From Pseudacidobacterium sp. (GTDB lineage: Bacteria; Acidobacteriota; Terriglobia; Terriglobales; Acidobacteriaceae), in NCBI GenBank assembly GCA_035653455.1, contig DASRBV010000337.1, forward strand, positions 1 to 44,506: a stretch of 44,506 nucleotides of DNA, in the 5' to 3' direction. Under the pieces are notes generated by a model, which saw nothing but the letters and a program-made list of their open reading frames with translations, was not told the origin of the DNA and did not search any database. A program made the translations under genes and the position numbers. Numbering within the stretch: the stretch's first letter is position 1; the number at the start of each line of letters is the position of its first letter. This document shows, in pieces, positions 9,716-20,156 of this stretch.

Positions 9716-11758
9716 TTGCGGCATACGATTTGTTCTGTCCTTGTATCTGCGGTCATGATACTGTCTTCCAGCCAGTTGCATGCACAATCCTTCGTGAACA
9801 CGTTGATGCCCGAACCGGCAAAGCTTACAGCGGAACAGGGCACTCTGGCCATTACACCGTCATTCAGCGTAGCAGCGCCTCATTTCCGCGACGCCCGCCT
9901 CGATGGAGCCATCGGCCGCATGCTGCACCGCCTCGAATACGCAACCGGAGTCCCTGTTGCAAAGGACATTCATAAAGACGCAAGCGGCGCTTCCTTTGTG
10001 ATAGACGTCCGGGGGCCGGGCGAGACAATCCAGTCTGTAGATGAAGACGAGTCGTATTCGCTCGACGTCACCCCCAGCGGTGCCACTCTGAAGGCCAACA
10101 CCGTGGTTGGTGCGCTGCGCGGCATGGAAACGCTACTTCAACTGGTGCAGGCGCAGCAGGGGAAATATGTGCTCCCAGCCGTAAGCATTCAGGACTCGCC
10201 GCGTTTTCAGTGGCGTGGGCTGCTGATTGACTGCGGACGCCACTTCGAGCCTGTAGATGTCATCAAGCGCACTCTGGATGGCATGGCTGCGGTCAAGCTG
10301 AATGTCTTCCACTGGCACCTGACTGAAGACCAGGGATTCCGGATTGAGAGCAAGGTCTATCCCAGGCTGACCGAAATGGGTTCTGACGGCCTCTATTACA
10401 CGCAGGAGCAGGCAAAGGAAATCATCGAGTATGCGCGCGAGCGCGGCATCCGCGTAGTACCTGAGTTTGATATGCCAGGACACAGCACAAGCTGGTTTGT
10501 TGGCTATCCGGAAATCTCCAGCGGCCCCGGCCCATATCAGATTCGCCGCGAATTCGGTATTTCCGACTACGCCATGGATCCCACGCGCGACAGCACGTAC
10601 AAGTTTCTGGACAAGTTCATCGGAGAGATGGCTAAGCTCTTCCCTGACCCTTACATGCACATTGGCGGAGATGAAACCAACGGCGTGCAGTGGAAGAGCA
10701 ATCCGAAGATCGTCGCCTTCATGCAGCAGCACAACATGAAGGACACCGCCGCATTGCAGGCGTACTTCAATCAGCGCCTGCTTAAGATTCTGCAAAAGCA
10801 CCACAAGCACATGGTCGGCTGGGACGAGATTCTCAATCCTGCTCTGCCGAAAGATGTTGTCGTGCAGTCATGGCGTGGTGTCGAATCGTTAAGCGCAGGC
10901 GCGAAACAGGGATATCAGGGAATTCTTTCCGCTCCTTATTACCTCGATGCCATGAAGCCTGCAGGCGAACATTATCTGGCTGATCCGCTGCCGTCTTCGT
11001 CTGACCTTACTCCAGAACAGCGGAAGCTGGTTCTAGGCGGAGAAGTCTGCATGTGGGGTGAGCACGTGAATGAGCGCACCATTGATTCGCGCATCTGGCC
11101 ACGCACGGCGGCGATTGCCGAACGCCTCTGGTCTCCTGAGAATGTGCGCGATGTGGAAGATATGTATCGCCGTCTGGATGTGATGTCCGTCCGGCTGGAG
11201 GCATTTGGCCTCACACATCTCACGCAGGAAGATGTGGGCTTGCGCGCTCTTGCCGGCACAACGGACATCCATGCTCTGCGCTTCTTCGCATCTGTGATCG
11301 AGCCGGTAAGCTTTGGAGAGCGCTACCAGGCCCAGCACACCTCGCAACTTACTCCGCTGGACCGGCTGATTGACGCCGTGCGCCCTGATCCGCCAGCGAA
11401 GCACCGCATAGCTTTTATCGTGCAGGCGTTCCTTAAAGACCCCGCCGGGCATCAGGATGAAAAGCGCGAGATCACGCTTTTCTTCAGAGGCCTGCAAGTA
11501 CTCGCTCCGAAGATACAGGAGCAGGTCGCGACATCTCCGCTGCTTGCAGAAGATGCGACCTTGCGGGCGCAGCAGTTGCCCGAACTCGCGCAGATTGCTC
11601 AGGATGCCGTCAGGTATCTCACTGGTGAAACCGCCCCGGCAGGATGGAAGCAAAGCAGCCTCGCCGCAATGGATGCAACGCAGAAGCCATCAGGCATGGT
11701 GCGGTTTGTCTTTTTGGATCCGCTGCGGCAGCTTGTGAACGCCGTCCCGGAGAAATAG
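9716..11758 (+). CDS. Beta-N-acetylhexosaminidase (GH20), secreted
   Basis: PRFQWRGLLIDCGRHF, NVFHWHLTEDQ, PEFDMPGH, catalytic HIGGDE, GGEVCMWGE; signal peptide; TTG start with GGGGAG upstream. Confidence 0.95.
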   Translation: MRHTICSVLVSAVMILSSSQLHAQSFVNTLMPEPAKLTAEQGTLAITPSFSVAAPHFRDARLDGAIGRMLHRLEYATGVPVAKDIHKDASGASFVIDVRGPGETIQSVDEDESYSLDVTPSGATLKANTVVGALRGMETLLQLVQAQQGKYVLPAVSIQDSPRFQWRGLLIDCGRHFEPVDVIKRTLDGMAAVKLNVFHWHLTEDQGFRIESKVYPRLTEMGSDGLYYTQEQAKEIIEYARERGIRVVPEFDMPGHSTSWFVGYPEISSGPGPYQIRREFGISDYAMDPTRDSTYKFLDKFIGEMAKLFPDPYMHIGGDETNGVQWKSNPKIVAFMQQHNMKDTAALQAYFNQRLLKILQKHHKHMVGWDEILNPALPKDVVVQSWRGVESLSAGAKQGYQGILSAPYYLDAMKPAGEHYLADPLPSSSDLTPEQRKLVLGGEVCMWGEHVNERTIDSRIWPRTAAIAERLWSPENVRDVEDMYRRLDVMSVRLEAFGLTHLTQEDVGLRALAGTTDIHALRFFASVIEPVSFGERYQAQHTSQLTPLDRLIDAVRPDPPAKHRIAFIVQAFLKDPAGHQDEKREITLFFRGLQVLAPKIQEQVATSPLLAEDATLRAQQLPELAQIAQDAVRYLTGETAPAGWKQSSLAAMDATQKPSGMVRFVFLDPLRQLVNAVPEK

Positions 11759-11863
11759 GCTACGGCATTTTTACAGATTCTGCACACTCTATTTCGGACT
11801 GTGCGGTGTCGCCGCGCGGCGACTGTAGTTTCATGGCATGGTCCAGACCATCTGTGAAAATGC
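11759..11863 (-). mobile_element. MITE-like repeat, copy A (internally shortened)
   Basis: Ends TACGGCATTTTTACAGAT..ATCTGTGAAAATGC; reverse complement aligns with copies at 37947 and 42731. Confidence 0.75.
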
Positions 11864-11872
11864 ACTTTCCGG

Positions 11873-12871
11873 TCAGGAGTGGCGACGGTCCCAAACCATT
11901 GCGTCGAAGGAATGCCTCTCCTGAAAGCCAATTTTTCTGTACAGTTCCACTGCGTTTGCGTTCTCTTCCGTCACGGTCAGGGTCAGTCCCGTGAAATTGC
12001 GCGCGCGCAGATTCTCCGCGCAGGCCTCAATCAGGCGCTGCCCCAGGCCCTTTCCGCGCAGGCTTCTTGAGACGCATATCTGCGTGATGTGTCCTACATC
12101 TTCGCGCACGCGCGAACACAGCAGAACACCGGCGAGAGCGCCGTCTTTGGTGCGGACGACCGTGCGCGACGACAGCGGATCAAACAGGCCGCATCCAGGA
12201 AAACGGACAATGTTATGCAGAAAGCGCAACGATCCACTGACGGTGCGGTACTGGTCATTAATATAGCTGTCGAGATGCCCTTCGTACGCCTCCGCGATCA
12301 GATAACCCGAGGGGTGATAATCGCTCTCCCGCCATGGATATACAGCGATGCCCTCCGGCAACGCAGAGACGGCAGGTGGCGTGTAATGGGACAGATCCAG
12401 CTCCATAAAGAGGCGTCGAAAGAGCTTGAAGCCCGCCCGCTGAAATATTTCCTCGTGCAAACCATGCGTGTGCAGCAGTAGCTGGCATTCGATGCGTTCG
12501 ATTCCTGGCGAGTGCTGTAATAACTCAATCAGATGGCGCAACAGCTCCTCTTCCACGCTGACAGAAACATGGGGAAGCGTGAATACGTCGCCGATAATGG
12601 CTTTCCGTTCTTCGTAAACACAAAAGGCGTACCCTGCGATGCGCCCATTTTCTACCGCGACATAGCCGGGCAGAATGCGCGAATCAAGATATTGCAGCAG
12701 CAGATCGGCCGAGGAGCGGTAGTCCCAGTGCAGACGCTCACTCCAGACGCGGCTTTCCTCTTCAAGCACAGGCCGCAGGCTGCTGGCCGAAAAATGCCGG
12801 AGATCGAGAATCTCAAGCTGTAGTGCAGAACTCACGCTGTCTATACCTGAAAAGACAGTCCCTGGTTTCAA
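11873..12871 (-). CDS. GNAT family N-acetyltransferase (probably two GNAT domains)
   Basis: C-terminal QICV..RGKGLG..LTVTEENANAVELYRKIGF; degenerate N-terminal GNAT (IAGYAF..IFQRAGF). Confidence 0.85.
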   Translation of the reverse strand: MKPGTVFSGIDSVSSALQLEILDLRHFSASSLRPVLEEESRVWSERLHWDYRSSADLLLQYLDSRILPGYVAVENGRIAGYAFCVYEERKAIIGDVFTLPHVSVSVEEELLRHLIELLQHSPGIERIECQLLLHTHGLHEEIFQRAGFKLFRRLFMELDLSHYTPPAVSALPEGIAVYPWRESDYHPSGYLIAEAYEGHLDSYINDQYRTVSGSLRFLHNIVRFPGCGLFDPLSSRTVVRTKDGALAGVLLCSRVREDVGHITQICVSRSLRGKGLGQRLIEACAENLRARNFTGLTLTVTEENANAVELYRKIGFQERHSFDAMVWDRRHS

Positions 12872-12973
12872 TAAGGTCTGTCATTCTGAATCTCAGCGAT
12901 AATGGCTTGGTCAAAAACACTGAGAGTTTCGCCACGTCTCATTCCTGGCCTTGAGTCACTGTCCTGGAAGCTG

Positions 12974-14716
12974 CTACTGCGCAGCTACCATGTAGACCAC
13001 CAGATTCTGAGCAGGATACACGAAGACAGGCTCGTATCGCCTCCCCTCAAGTTTTTGACGCAGATCGTTCACATAGGACGCACGGACGACAAGAATATGT
13101 TGTTCCGGCGGGATGCCATCTGTATCGTAATTTACTGTTTTCTTATTGCGATAGAACGCAAGGCCGTATTCCATATCGCGCCGGACCTTATAAACAGCAA
13201 CGGTCCCATCGGATGAAACAATCTGTTCCAGCATCTTCGCCAGCGGGCGCGCGGAATAGGTGTAATCAATCAGCTGTACTGTGCCTTTTGTAGACTTGAC
13301 CTCGCCAAATCCCAGGAATGGCCCAATCCCATAAAGGAACAGCACGAGAATGACAATCGGCACCATCGTGGCAATGCGCAGCCGCTTCAGCCCAAAGCGA
13401 GCAGTTGTAATCAGGATGAAGATGGTGGCCGCAAAACCGGTGGTTCCGGCAGCAAACAGGGCATTGCCAGGCGGGAGCTGGTCGGTATGCTGAATGAGCC
13501 GCGGCAACAAAAGCACCAGCATGGTCAGACAGCCAACAATGACTCCATGCAGTACCAGAAGCCAGGGCTTAAGACCTTTGGTCCGCATCCGGTTCAGGTA
13601 ATCACCGCAGAGAATGGTGAGCGGCGGAACGGAAGGAAGAATATAGCCCGGCAACTTCGACTCGGAAAACGTGAAGAAAACAATCGGAATCAGGGCCCAA
13701 AGCACAAGAAATTCAGGGAAAGCGTCGCCCGCGCGCGGATGTCCCATGTAGTGCATCTTCGCGCGTCGCGCTTTCCACTCGGCAACTGAGTCCTTGATGG
13801 CGTCCGTCAGCGCAGCAATGGCGATGACCGTCCACGGCATCACGCTGAGAAGTATGACGGGAATGTAATACCAGAAATGCTGCTCGTGCTCAAAGCGGTT
13901 CGTGGCAAAGCGTTCGATATTGTGTTCCAGAAAAAAGACGCGCAGAAAGTTGGGGTTGCGCTTCTGCACGGCGATGAACCACGGCAGCACCATCGCAAAA
14001 TACAGCCCGATACCCGGCCACCAGATGCTTCGCCTGATAATGGACCACTCTTTTCGTAAAGCAGCAAAGACCGTAATGATGACGATGGCGAGAAACGGGG
14101 CTACCGGTCCTTTGGCCAGCGTTGCCGCTCCCACAAAGAAGTACAGATCAAAGAGCCAGAATTTGCTGTCCGTCTCATACCATGCGTACCAGCCAAGCAT
14201 CCCGATGCAGAAAGGCGCGGCCAGTTGCATGTCTGTCGAAGCGCCGCGGGCAAAGCTCAGAATTCCTGCGCAGGAGGCCGTCAGCAAGGCGGCGTCAAGC
14301 TGTCCTCCCGGACGGAAGCGCCGCATGTGCAGATAAATCAGGACAACCAGGACAAAGGCAAAGCTGGCCGAAGGCAAGCGCGCCGACCAGTCATGCACGC
14401 CAAATTCGCGGAAGGCAAACATCGCCCGCCAGTAGTAGAGCGCAGGTTTTTCCAGCCACGGCTTGCCGTACAGAATGGGCGTAATGTAATCGTGACGGGC
14501 CAGCATCTCCCGCGCAATCTGCGCGTAACGTGGCTCGTCGGCGCCCACCAGGCCAATACCGTCGCCTCCGAAGATGGGGACCAGGCCGTAAAAAAGAAAG
14601 AACGCGGTAAACAGAAAAAGGGTCAATGTCTCCAGCGCCGTCCCCAGAAACGGGAAACGGCCCAGAAGTGTCGTTGGCGCAGTTCGCAGCGTCTTAATGC
14701 TTTTCGGAATAGGCAC
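12974..14716 (-). CDS. ArnT/GT83-family lipid-carrier-dependent glycosyltransferase
   Basis: DEPRYAQIAREM, EKPALYYW, ARLPSA, LAKGP, SKLPGYILP; many TM segments; GTG start. Confidence 0.88.
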   Translation of the reverse strand: MPIPKSIKTLRTAPTTLLGRFPFLGTALETLTLFLFTAFFLFYGLVPIFGGDGIGLVGADEPRYAQIAREMLARHDYITPILYGKPWLEKPALYYWRAMFAFREFGVHDWSARLPSASFAFVLVVLIYLHMRRFRPGGQLDAALLTASCAGILSFARGASTDMQLAAPFCIGMLGWYAWYETDSKFWLFDLYFFVGAATLAKGPVAPFLAIVIITVFAALRKEWSIIRRSIWWPGIGLYFAMVLPWFIAVQKRNPNFLRVFFLEHNIERFATNRFEHEQHFWYYIPVILLSVMPWTVIAIAALTDAIKDSVAEWKARRAKMHYMGHPRAGDAFPEFLVLWALIPIVFFTFSESKLPGYILPSVPPLTILCGDYLNRMRTKGLKPWLLVLHGVIVGCLTMLVLLLPRLIQHTDQLPPGNALFAAGTTGFAATIFILITTARFGLKRLRIATMVPIVILVLFLYGIGPFLGFGEVKSTKGTVQLIDYTYSARPLAKMLEQIVSSDGTVAVYKVRRDMEYGLAFYRNKKTVNYDTDGIPPEQHILVVRASYVNDLRQKLEGRRYEPVFVYPAQNLVVYMVAAQ

Positions 14717-14773
14717 GTTCGTTTTTATGGATTTCCGGCGAATTGCTTTCGAGAGCTAGGCTATCAGATTCGC

Positions 14774-15751
14774 TCATGCAACTTCATGAACTACACGTCC
14801 GAGCATCTTCTTTGCAACGGCCAGGATCATTCCCGCAGCGTCAGGCAGCGGCCCATCGAGCGTGCATCCACTGGCGTGCGGATGACCTCCGCCGCCAAAG
14901 GCCTCGGCAATATGGGCCACATTCACTTTGCCTTTGCTGCGCAGGGAAAGCCGGACGCGATGGTTCGGCAACTCGCGCAGAAAAATGGCGACATCCACCC
15001 CGGCAATGGCAATCGCGTAATTTACCAGCCCTTCGCAGTCTTCTTCCGCCGCGTTCGTGCGAAGCATGTCCTCATGCGTCACCCACATCCAGGCAATGCG
15101 GCCTTCGCGCCGCAGGTTCGAGAGGGCTGCCCCAAGCAGCAGCATCTTTGAGGTTGGCCGCGAGAAATACACGTCCCTGGCAATCGCGGCCGAGTTGGCC
15201 CCATGCCGCACCAACTGCGCCGCCAGCTCGAAGGTGTGGGCGTCCGTGCCGTCATAGCAGAACTGGCCCGTATCAGTAAGGACCGCAGTATAAAGACAAG
15301 TGGCCATCTCCGGAGTAATGTGTGCTCCGGCAACGATGGCCAGCTCGTAGATCATTTCGGCAACGGCGCAGGCTTCCGTATCAATCCAGTTGATATTGGC
15401 AAAGGCCTTTCCGCTCACGTGATGATCAATATTGATGAGGAAGCGGCCTTCCAGACCATGCAGGCGCGAGCGCTCAATGCCATCGCATTCCAGCAGAATC
15501 ACAGCATCGTAGTCGCTGTCCACGCGCGAAACCTGCCGGATGGCCGAAGAGCAGGGCAGAAAGCGGTAAATAAGAGGCACACGATCACACGAAACCATCT
15601 CAACACGCTTCCCGAGCTGCTCCAGAATCGTAGCGCAGGCCAGCATCGAACCGATGGCATCGCCATCTGGCCGCGCATGGGCCGACACCAGAAATTTCTG
15701 GCCGCGTTCAATCGCGTCGAGTACTGCGTGAATGTTGTGCCGTTCCGCCAT
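14774..15751 (-). CDS. nrnA: Bifunctional oligoribonuclease/pAp phosphatase NrnA (DHH/DHHA1)
   Basis: HARPDGDAIGS, NIDHH, TDTG, SLRS, GGGHPHASG; located directly downstream of rbfA as in many bacteria. Confidence 0.9.
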   Translation of the reverse strand: MAERHNIHAVLDAIERGQKFLVSAHARPDGDAIGSMLACATILEQLGKRVEMVSCDRVPLIYRFLPCSSAIRQVSRVDSDYDAVILLECDGIERSRLHGLEGRFLINIDHHVSGKAFANINWIDTEACAVAEMIYELAIVAGAHITPEMATCLYTAVLTDTGQFCYDGTDAHTFELAAQLVRHGANSAAIARDVYFSRPTSKMLLLGAALSNLRREGRIAWMWVTHEDMLRTNAAEEDCEGLVNYAIAIAGVDVAIFLRELPNHRVRLSLRSKGKVNVAHIAEAFGGGGHPHASGCTLDGPLPDAAGMILAVAKKMLGRVVHEVA

Positions 15752-15819
15752 AGTCTTTGTCACTCTGCCCGAAGGCAAAGGATTCTGTATAAATATCTGG
15801 ATACCCCGGGTCCGTGAAG

Positions 15820-16194
15820 CTAGCCTGGGGTCCTGCTCCTCTTCTTCACCCTTCCAAGCAACTCATCAATCCGGGCCTTCATCTTTTCTGACCGGTCAAT
15901 GTGAAACACAAGATCAGGCACATGCCGCACGCCCATGCGTTCCAGCAATTCATGCCGGATATACCCGCGCGCCGCCATAAGCCCTTCCAGCGTGTCCTCT
16001 TCTTCTTTGGGGCCGCCGTCTACGGCGACATAAATCAGCGCCGACTTTCCACCAGGATTCAGCACAACCTGGCTGACATAGGCAAAACTGATGCGGGGAT
16101 CGGACAACTCTCCCTCGATCATGGCCCCGATCTCCTCGCGCAGCGCCTCTGCCACGCGGTCCTGATGGTATTTGCGCGCCCGTTGTTCCGGCAT
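15820..16194 (-). CDS. rbfA: 30S ribosome-binding factor A
   Basis: RVAEALREEI..ELSDPRI..ARGYIR..RHVPDLVFHIDRS. Confidence 0.93.
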   Translation of the reverse strand: MPEQRARKYHQDRVAEALREEIGAMIEGELSDPRISFAYVSQVVLNPGGKSALIYVAVDGGPKEEEDTLEGLMAARGYIRHELLERMGVRHVPDLVFHIDRSEKMKARIDELLGRVKKRSRTPG

Positions 16195-16388
16195 CTCCAA
16201 TTTCCTTTGATTAAACGATTGAGAATATCAGACTTGGCGGTACTCTTGCATGATGGCGAATGGAAAGCAGAAAAAGTCCTGCCCGAGGACGTAGCTGGAA
16301 CAGAGAGCACCTTGCTTCAGGAAAAATGGATGGTACGATTCCCCGGCCCGCGTTGCTCCGCAAGCCGGGTTGAATCATCGCTGCTCGT

Positions 16389-19300
16389 TCAGAAGGTAAA
16401 CTTCAATCCCCATTCCGTCTGTCGCGCGGCACCCAGCGCATACACTCCCGTGCCATTGCCCACGCGGAAGGTTTCATTGTCCAGCTTTCCCGTTCCATTG
16501 ATGGCTCCCGGAGAACCGGAAAGGAGGCCGCTCATGGTATTGGGTGGTAGATTGAAGTTTCCGAAATTGAGAAGATTGAAGAAGGCGACGCTCGGCTGGA
16601 TGGTAAAACGCTCTTTGATGGTCAGCTTCCAGCCTACGTTCAGATCAAGGGCGCGCAGCCAGGTAAAGTTCGCCTGATCTGAAGGAGGAGTACTGAGGAC
16701 TGGCGCGACGCCATCCGGAGTTGCAGACGAACTGTTTGTCCCTAGCCTCTGAAGCTGGGCCACGGTCATCAAGCCATTCTGCACAAGGACCTGTCCGGCA
16801 GGCGTGGGCTGACCTCCATACTTTGCGTTGTAATTGTTGATGACCTGGGTCAGCTTTTTAGCGTCAATCCCGCGGTCAAAGTTGCCCATGTGTGTACCTG
16901 GCATCAAGTCCTGGGTCGTCCCATCACCTGTAAAATCGCTGCGAAAAATTTCACCGGGTCCCAGCCCGAAGTTCGGTATAACCAGCGCGCTGGAAAGCGG
17001 ACTATAAAAATGCGCAATCAGACCCAAATTGAACTTCCAGGGTAGGTCTCCGAATCCACCCAGGGATATCTGATGGGTGCGATCGAGCAGGTTGGGGCCA
17101 AAATACCGGTTCGGGTCATTGTAATCAGCCGCTCCAATCACGAAGTCCTGGTCGCTGTCTCCGGCTGTTCCTGACGCCTGTGCGCCTCCAGAGTTCTCCA
17201 GGCGCGACAGGCTGTAAGAAAACTGGAAATTCATACGCTTCATGTTCTGGACCAGCTTGACCTGCATTGCGTTATAGATGGAACGGCCACGAGGTTCCAG
17301 GAAGATGGCCGCAGCCTGACCTGGATTTCTTCCTCCAAATGCACACGGCACGCCGATTGCCTGAATACAGGCCTGACCAAAATCTGTGTCCGCAGTCAAA
17401 CCATGGCTGGCAAAATCGGACATGCTGGCCCCAACCGCGCCGTTGCTCTGGTCATAAAGTCCGGGACATGCCGCGATGGCTTGGTCAATACTTGTTACAC
17501 CACAGGCAGCCAGCGTAGCTGCAATAGCAGCCTGAGCATTTGCTAAGTTAAAGTTACCGATATCACCGACGTGGTTTTCATCAATACCCAGCAGAGTATG
17601 CTCTTCCACGTTGCGCAGGTAATCCACACTCAATACCATGCCCTGCCGTAATTCGCGCTGCACTCCAATATTGATTTGTATAGAACGAGGCGTTTTATAT
17701 TTGGGGGCAAAAAAGCCCAGCGGAATACCCGCTCCGGCCCCAAGCCAACTGCTGCCACCTATAAAGTTTGGATTGGGGGCATTCAGATCAAGAGGATTGC
17801 CGGCAAGCACCTGTTGCCAAAAGGCCAGCACGCCGGGAATTGCCTGTCCTACTGTGCTCGTGCAGACGCTCGGATCGATAGTGATCAAGCCGGCGTTGGT
17901 AGGTACCGGCAACGCTGTTCCGGCATTACAAGCCGGGCTAACCTGATTAAATGCTCCGGTCCTTAACCGCAAAGGCCGATCAAAGAGAACATTGTTATAA
18001 ATAACGTTTTCATAGTAAAGGCCAATGCCTCCGCGTACTGAGGTCTTGCCATTCCTGAACGGGTCCCATGCAAAACCCATTTGCGGTGAGAAATTAGTAT
18101 TCGGCAAATTAACTCGGTTCCCAAACCCGGGAAAGGCTGCGTTGACTTCTGGAATTGGGCCCAGATCGCTGTCCGTGCGCCCCGTGTCCCGGTCATAACG
18201 CAATGCCAGAGTGATTGTGCTGTTTGGAGAAAACTTCCAGACATCTCCGAAATAAATACCGATACGGTTATCTGGTCCAAGACCGCCTGCCGGAAAGCCC
18301 AATGCCGGCTCCAGTGTGCTGAAACCCAACCCATTGCCGACTCTCACGTCATAGACCGGATAATTCAATGGATTATTTGCCCCTCCGTGGGCAGCGGCAA
18401 ATGCTTCTGTCGCGCTATTTACCTGCCATCTGATTCGAGGAGCGGTACCGTAAAAATTCGCAAACCCTCCTCCCTGGATGTGGTTCCACATCACGCCATA
18501 GCGGAGCAGATGTGCCCCCAGTAATCTGCTGCCGTCATATTTGACCTCGGTATTTGCCTGCGGAGTGCTTTGAGGGGCCAGCGGGCTAGGGCCGCTGTAA
18601 AAGCCGCCAGTAACGGAAGCCAGGGTTACACCCGTGTTCGCAAAAGGCAGACTGCTGCCTTTGACCCGGTCTACAATTTGGTTCTGAAATTTCAGATACG
18701 AGAAGCGAATGCTGTGGCTGTAGTTTCCAGCTACAAAGTCGTAGCCAACAACGTGCTGACGGGTATAGTCCTTGTTGTCATAGACTGCATATCCCAGGCC
18801 AAAATCAGAATTCAGAGAGTTTGCAAAGTATGAGAAACGGTAGAAGAGCTTACCCGAGTTCCCAACATTGTAGTCCATCCGGCCCAGGACTTCCGTTTCG
18901 CGGAAAGGAACACTGAACCCTCCGTTATAAGAATTAAAGGGAGAGGCAAACTGGACCGGAGCAAAGGAGTCCTGTTTGATGCGCTCCGCATCTCCAAAGA
19001 AAAAGAGTTTGTCTTTGAGGACCGGACCGCCGAGGTTTCCGCCGAACTGCGAACGCTGGAAGGGAAGGTTTGTCCCGCCCGGGGATGATGCTCCCCCGAC
19101 CGAAGCGTCGCGGAAAAGACCGAAGGCCTGTCCGTGAAGGCGGTTGGTACCGGACTTCGTAGTCACGTTGACCGCTCCGGAGGAGGTCAAATCCGTGGAC
19201 ATATCCAGCGAGGACTGTGCCAGTTGAAATTCCTGAATGGCGCTTGAGGGAATGTCTTCCGTCGTTGTTCCTACAGTCTCATCGCTCACGTCCACGCCGT

Positions 19301-19901
19301 CTACATTGATGCGCGCCGTTCGCCCAAAGCGCCCACCGAAGGAAATGGACGAGTACCCGGCCTTAGTTGGGTCGAAGTTCTGTCCGTCCTGTATCTGCAC
19401 ACCGGGCTCAAGCTGCGCCAGATCCAGGAAGTTCCGTCCATTCACTGGTAGATTGTCAATCTGCTGGGCATTCAGCACGCCCTGCACCTGCGCCTGCTCG
19501 GTATTCACGGTGACCGCAGACCCCTGTACCTCAACTGTCGTCGTCCCCTGCCCAACAGCAAGTTTGGCATTAACAGTAGATGTATTTCCCACCTGGACTG
19601 TGACCGCCTGGGCCATCGTGCTGAATCCGGGAGCAGAAATTTCTACCTTGTAGTTACCAGGAGCAATCGCGCCCGAGTTATAGGCCCCGGATGAATTTGT
19701 AGTTAAACTCAGTGCCTGTCCAGTACCAGTGTTGGTGATGACGACTTTTGCATCGCTGACGACCGCTCCCGAAGGGTCGGTCACTGTGCCTGCAATGCTG
19801 CCTGTGCTGATGGTTGTCTGGGCCACAAGAACAACCGCGCATGCCAGCAGAAATAGAGGCAGGAGGAGATACTTAGCTTGCAAATACCGGAGGTTCTTCA
19901 T
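16389..19901 (-). CDS. TonB-dependent receptor-like (Oar-type) outer-membrane protein with N-terminal carboxypeptidase-regulatory-like domain
   Basis: Signal peptide; GSIAGTVTDPSGAVV; LPVNGRNFLDLAQLEPGV plug motif; AIQEF; NVTTKSGTN; C-terminal GLKFTF. Confidence 0.9.
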   Translation of the reverse strand: MKNLRYLQAKYLLLPLFLLACAVVLVAQTTISTGSIAGTVTDPSGAVVSDAKVVITNTGTGQALSLTTNSSGAYNSGAIAPGNYKVEISAPGFSTMAQAVTVQVGNTSTVNAKLAVGQGTTTVEVQGSAVTVNTEQAQVQGVLNAQQIDNLPVNGRNFLDLAQLEPGVQIQDGQNFDPTKAGYSSISFGGRFGRTARINVDGVDVSDETVGTTTEDIPSSAIQEFQLAQSSLDMSTDLTSSGAVNVTTKSGTNRLHGQAFGLFRDASVGGASSPGGTNLPFQRSQFGGNLGGPVLKDKLFFFGDAERIKQDSFAPVQFASPFNSYNGGFSVPFRETEVLGRMDYNVGNSGKLFYRFSYFANSLNSDFGLGYAVYDNKDYTRQHVVGYDFVAGNYSHSIRFSYLKFQNQIVDRVKGSSLPFANTGVTLASVTGGFYSGPSPLAPQSTPQANTEVKYDGSRLLGAHLLRYGVMWNHIQGGGFANFYGTAPRIRWQVNSATEAFAAAHGGANNPLNYPVYDVRVGNGLGFSTLEPALGFPAGGLGPDNRIGIYFGDVWKFSPNSTITLALRYDRDTGRTDSDLGPIPEVNAAFPGFGNRVNLPNTNFSPQMGFAWDPFRNGKTSVRGGIGLYYENVIYNNVLFDRPLRLRTGAFNQVSPACNAGTALPVPTNAGLITIDPSVCTSTVGQAIPGVLAFWQQVLAGNPLDLNAPNPNFIGGSSWLGAGAGIPLGFFAPKYKTPRSIQINIGVQRELRQGMVLSVDYLRNVEEHTLLGIDENHVGDIGNFNLANAQAAIAATLAACGVTSIDQAIAACPGLYDQSNGAVGASMSDFASHGLTADTDFGQACIQAIGVPCAFGGRNPGQAAAIFLEPRGRSIYNAMQVKLVQNMKRMNFQFSYSLSRLENSGGAQASGTAGDSDQDFVIGAADYNDPNRYFGPNLLDRTHQISLGGFGDLPWKFNLGLIAHFYSPLSSALVIPNFGLGPGEIFRSDFTGDGTTQDLMPGTHMGNFDRGIDAKKLTQVINNYNAKYGGQPTPAGQVLVQNGLMTVAQLQRLGTNSSSATPDGVAPVLSTPPSDQANFTWLRALDLNVGWKLTIKERFTIQPSVAFFNLLNFGNFNLPPNTMSGLLSGSPGAINGTGKLDNETFRVGNGTGVYALGAARQTEWGLKFTF

Positions 19902-20156
19902 GCCTCATACATGAGGCAATCCTTGTACCCGCAACGCTCAGAACCAGCACATAGTTTTGATCTAAATAAAAAATAAAGAAATCTTTAACATTTAGTTCGC
20001 GCCGTGTATTTTATTTCTAATAATATCCTGTAAATAACTGTTGCTTGTACAGTAACTTCACGGATATAGAAAATGAAAGATTTGTATAAAAACTTATATC
20101 TCTAGAGAGAGCGCGCACGGCGATTTTCGTGTAAATACAAGCGTGACTTACCGGAT

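Noticed and set aside
20037-20053. ACTGT-N7-ACAGT as a LexA box
   Set aside because: Spacer is 7 rather than 8 and it precedes an outer-membrane receptor; could be another operator but is unsupported.
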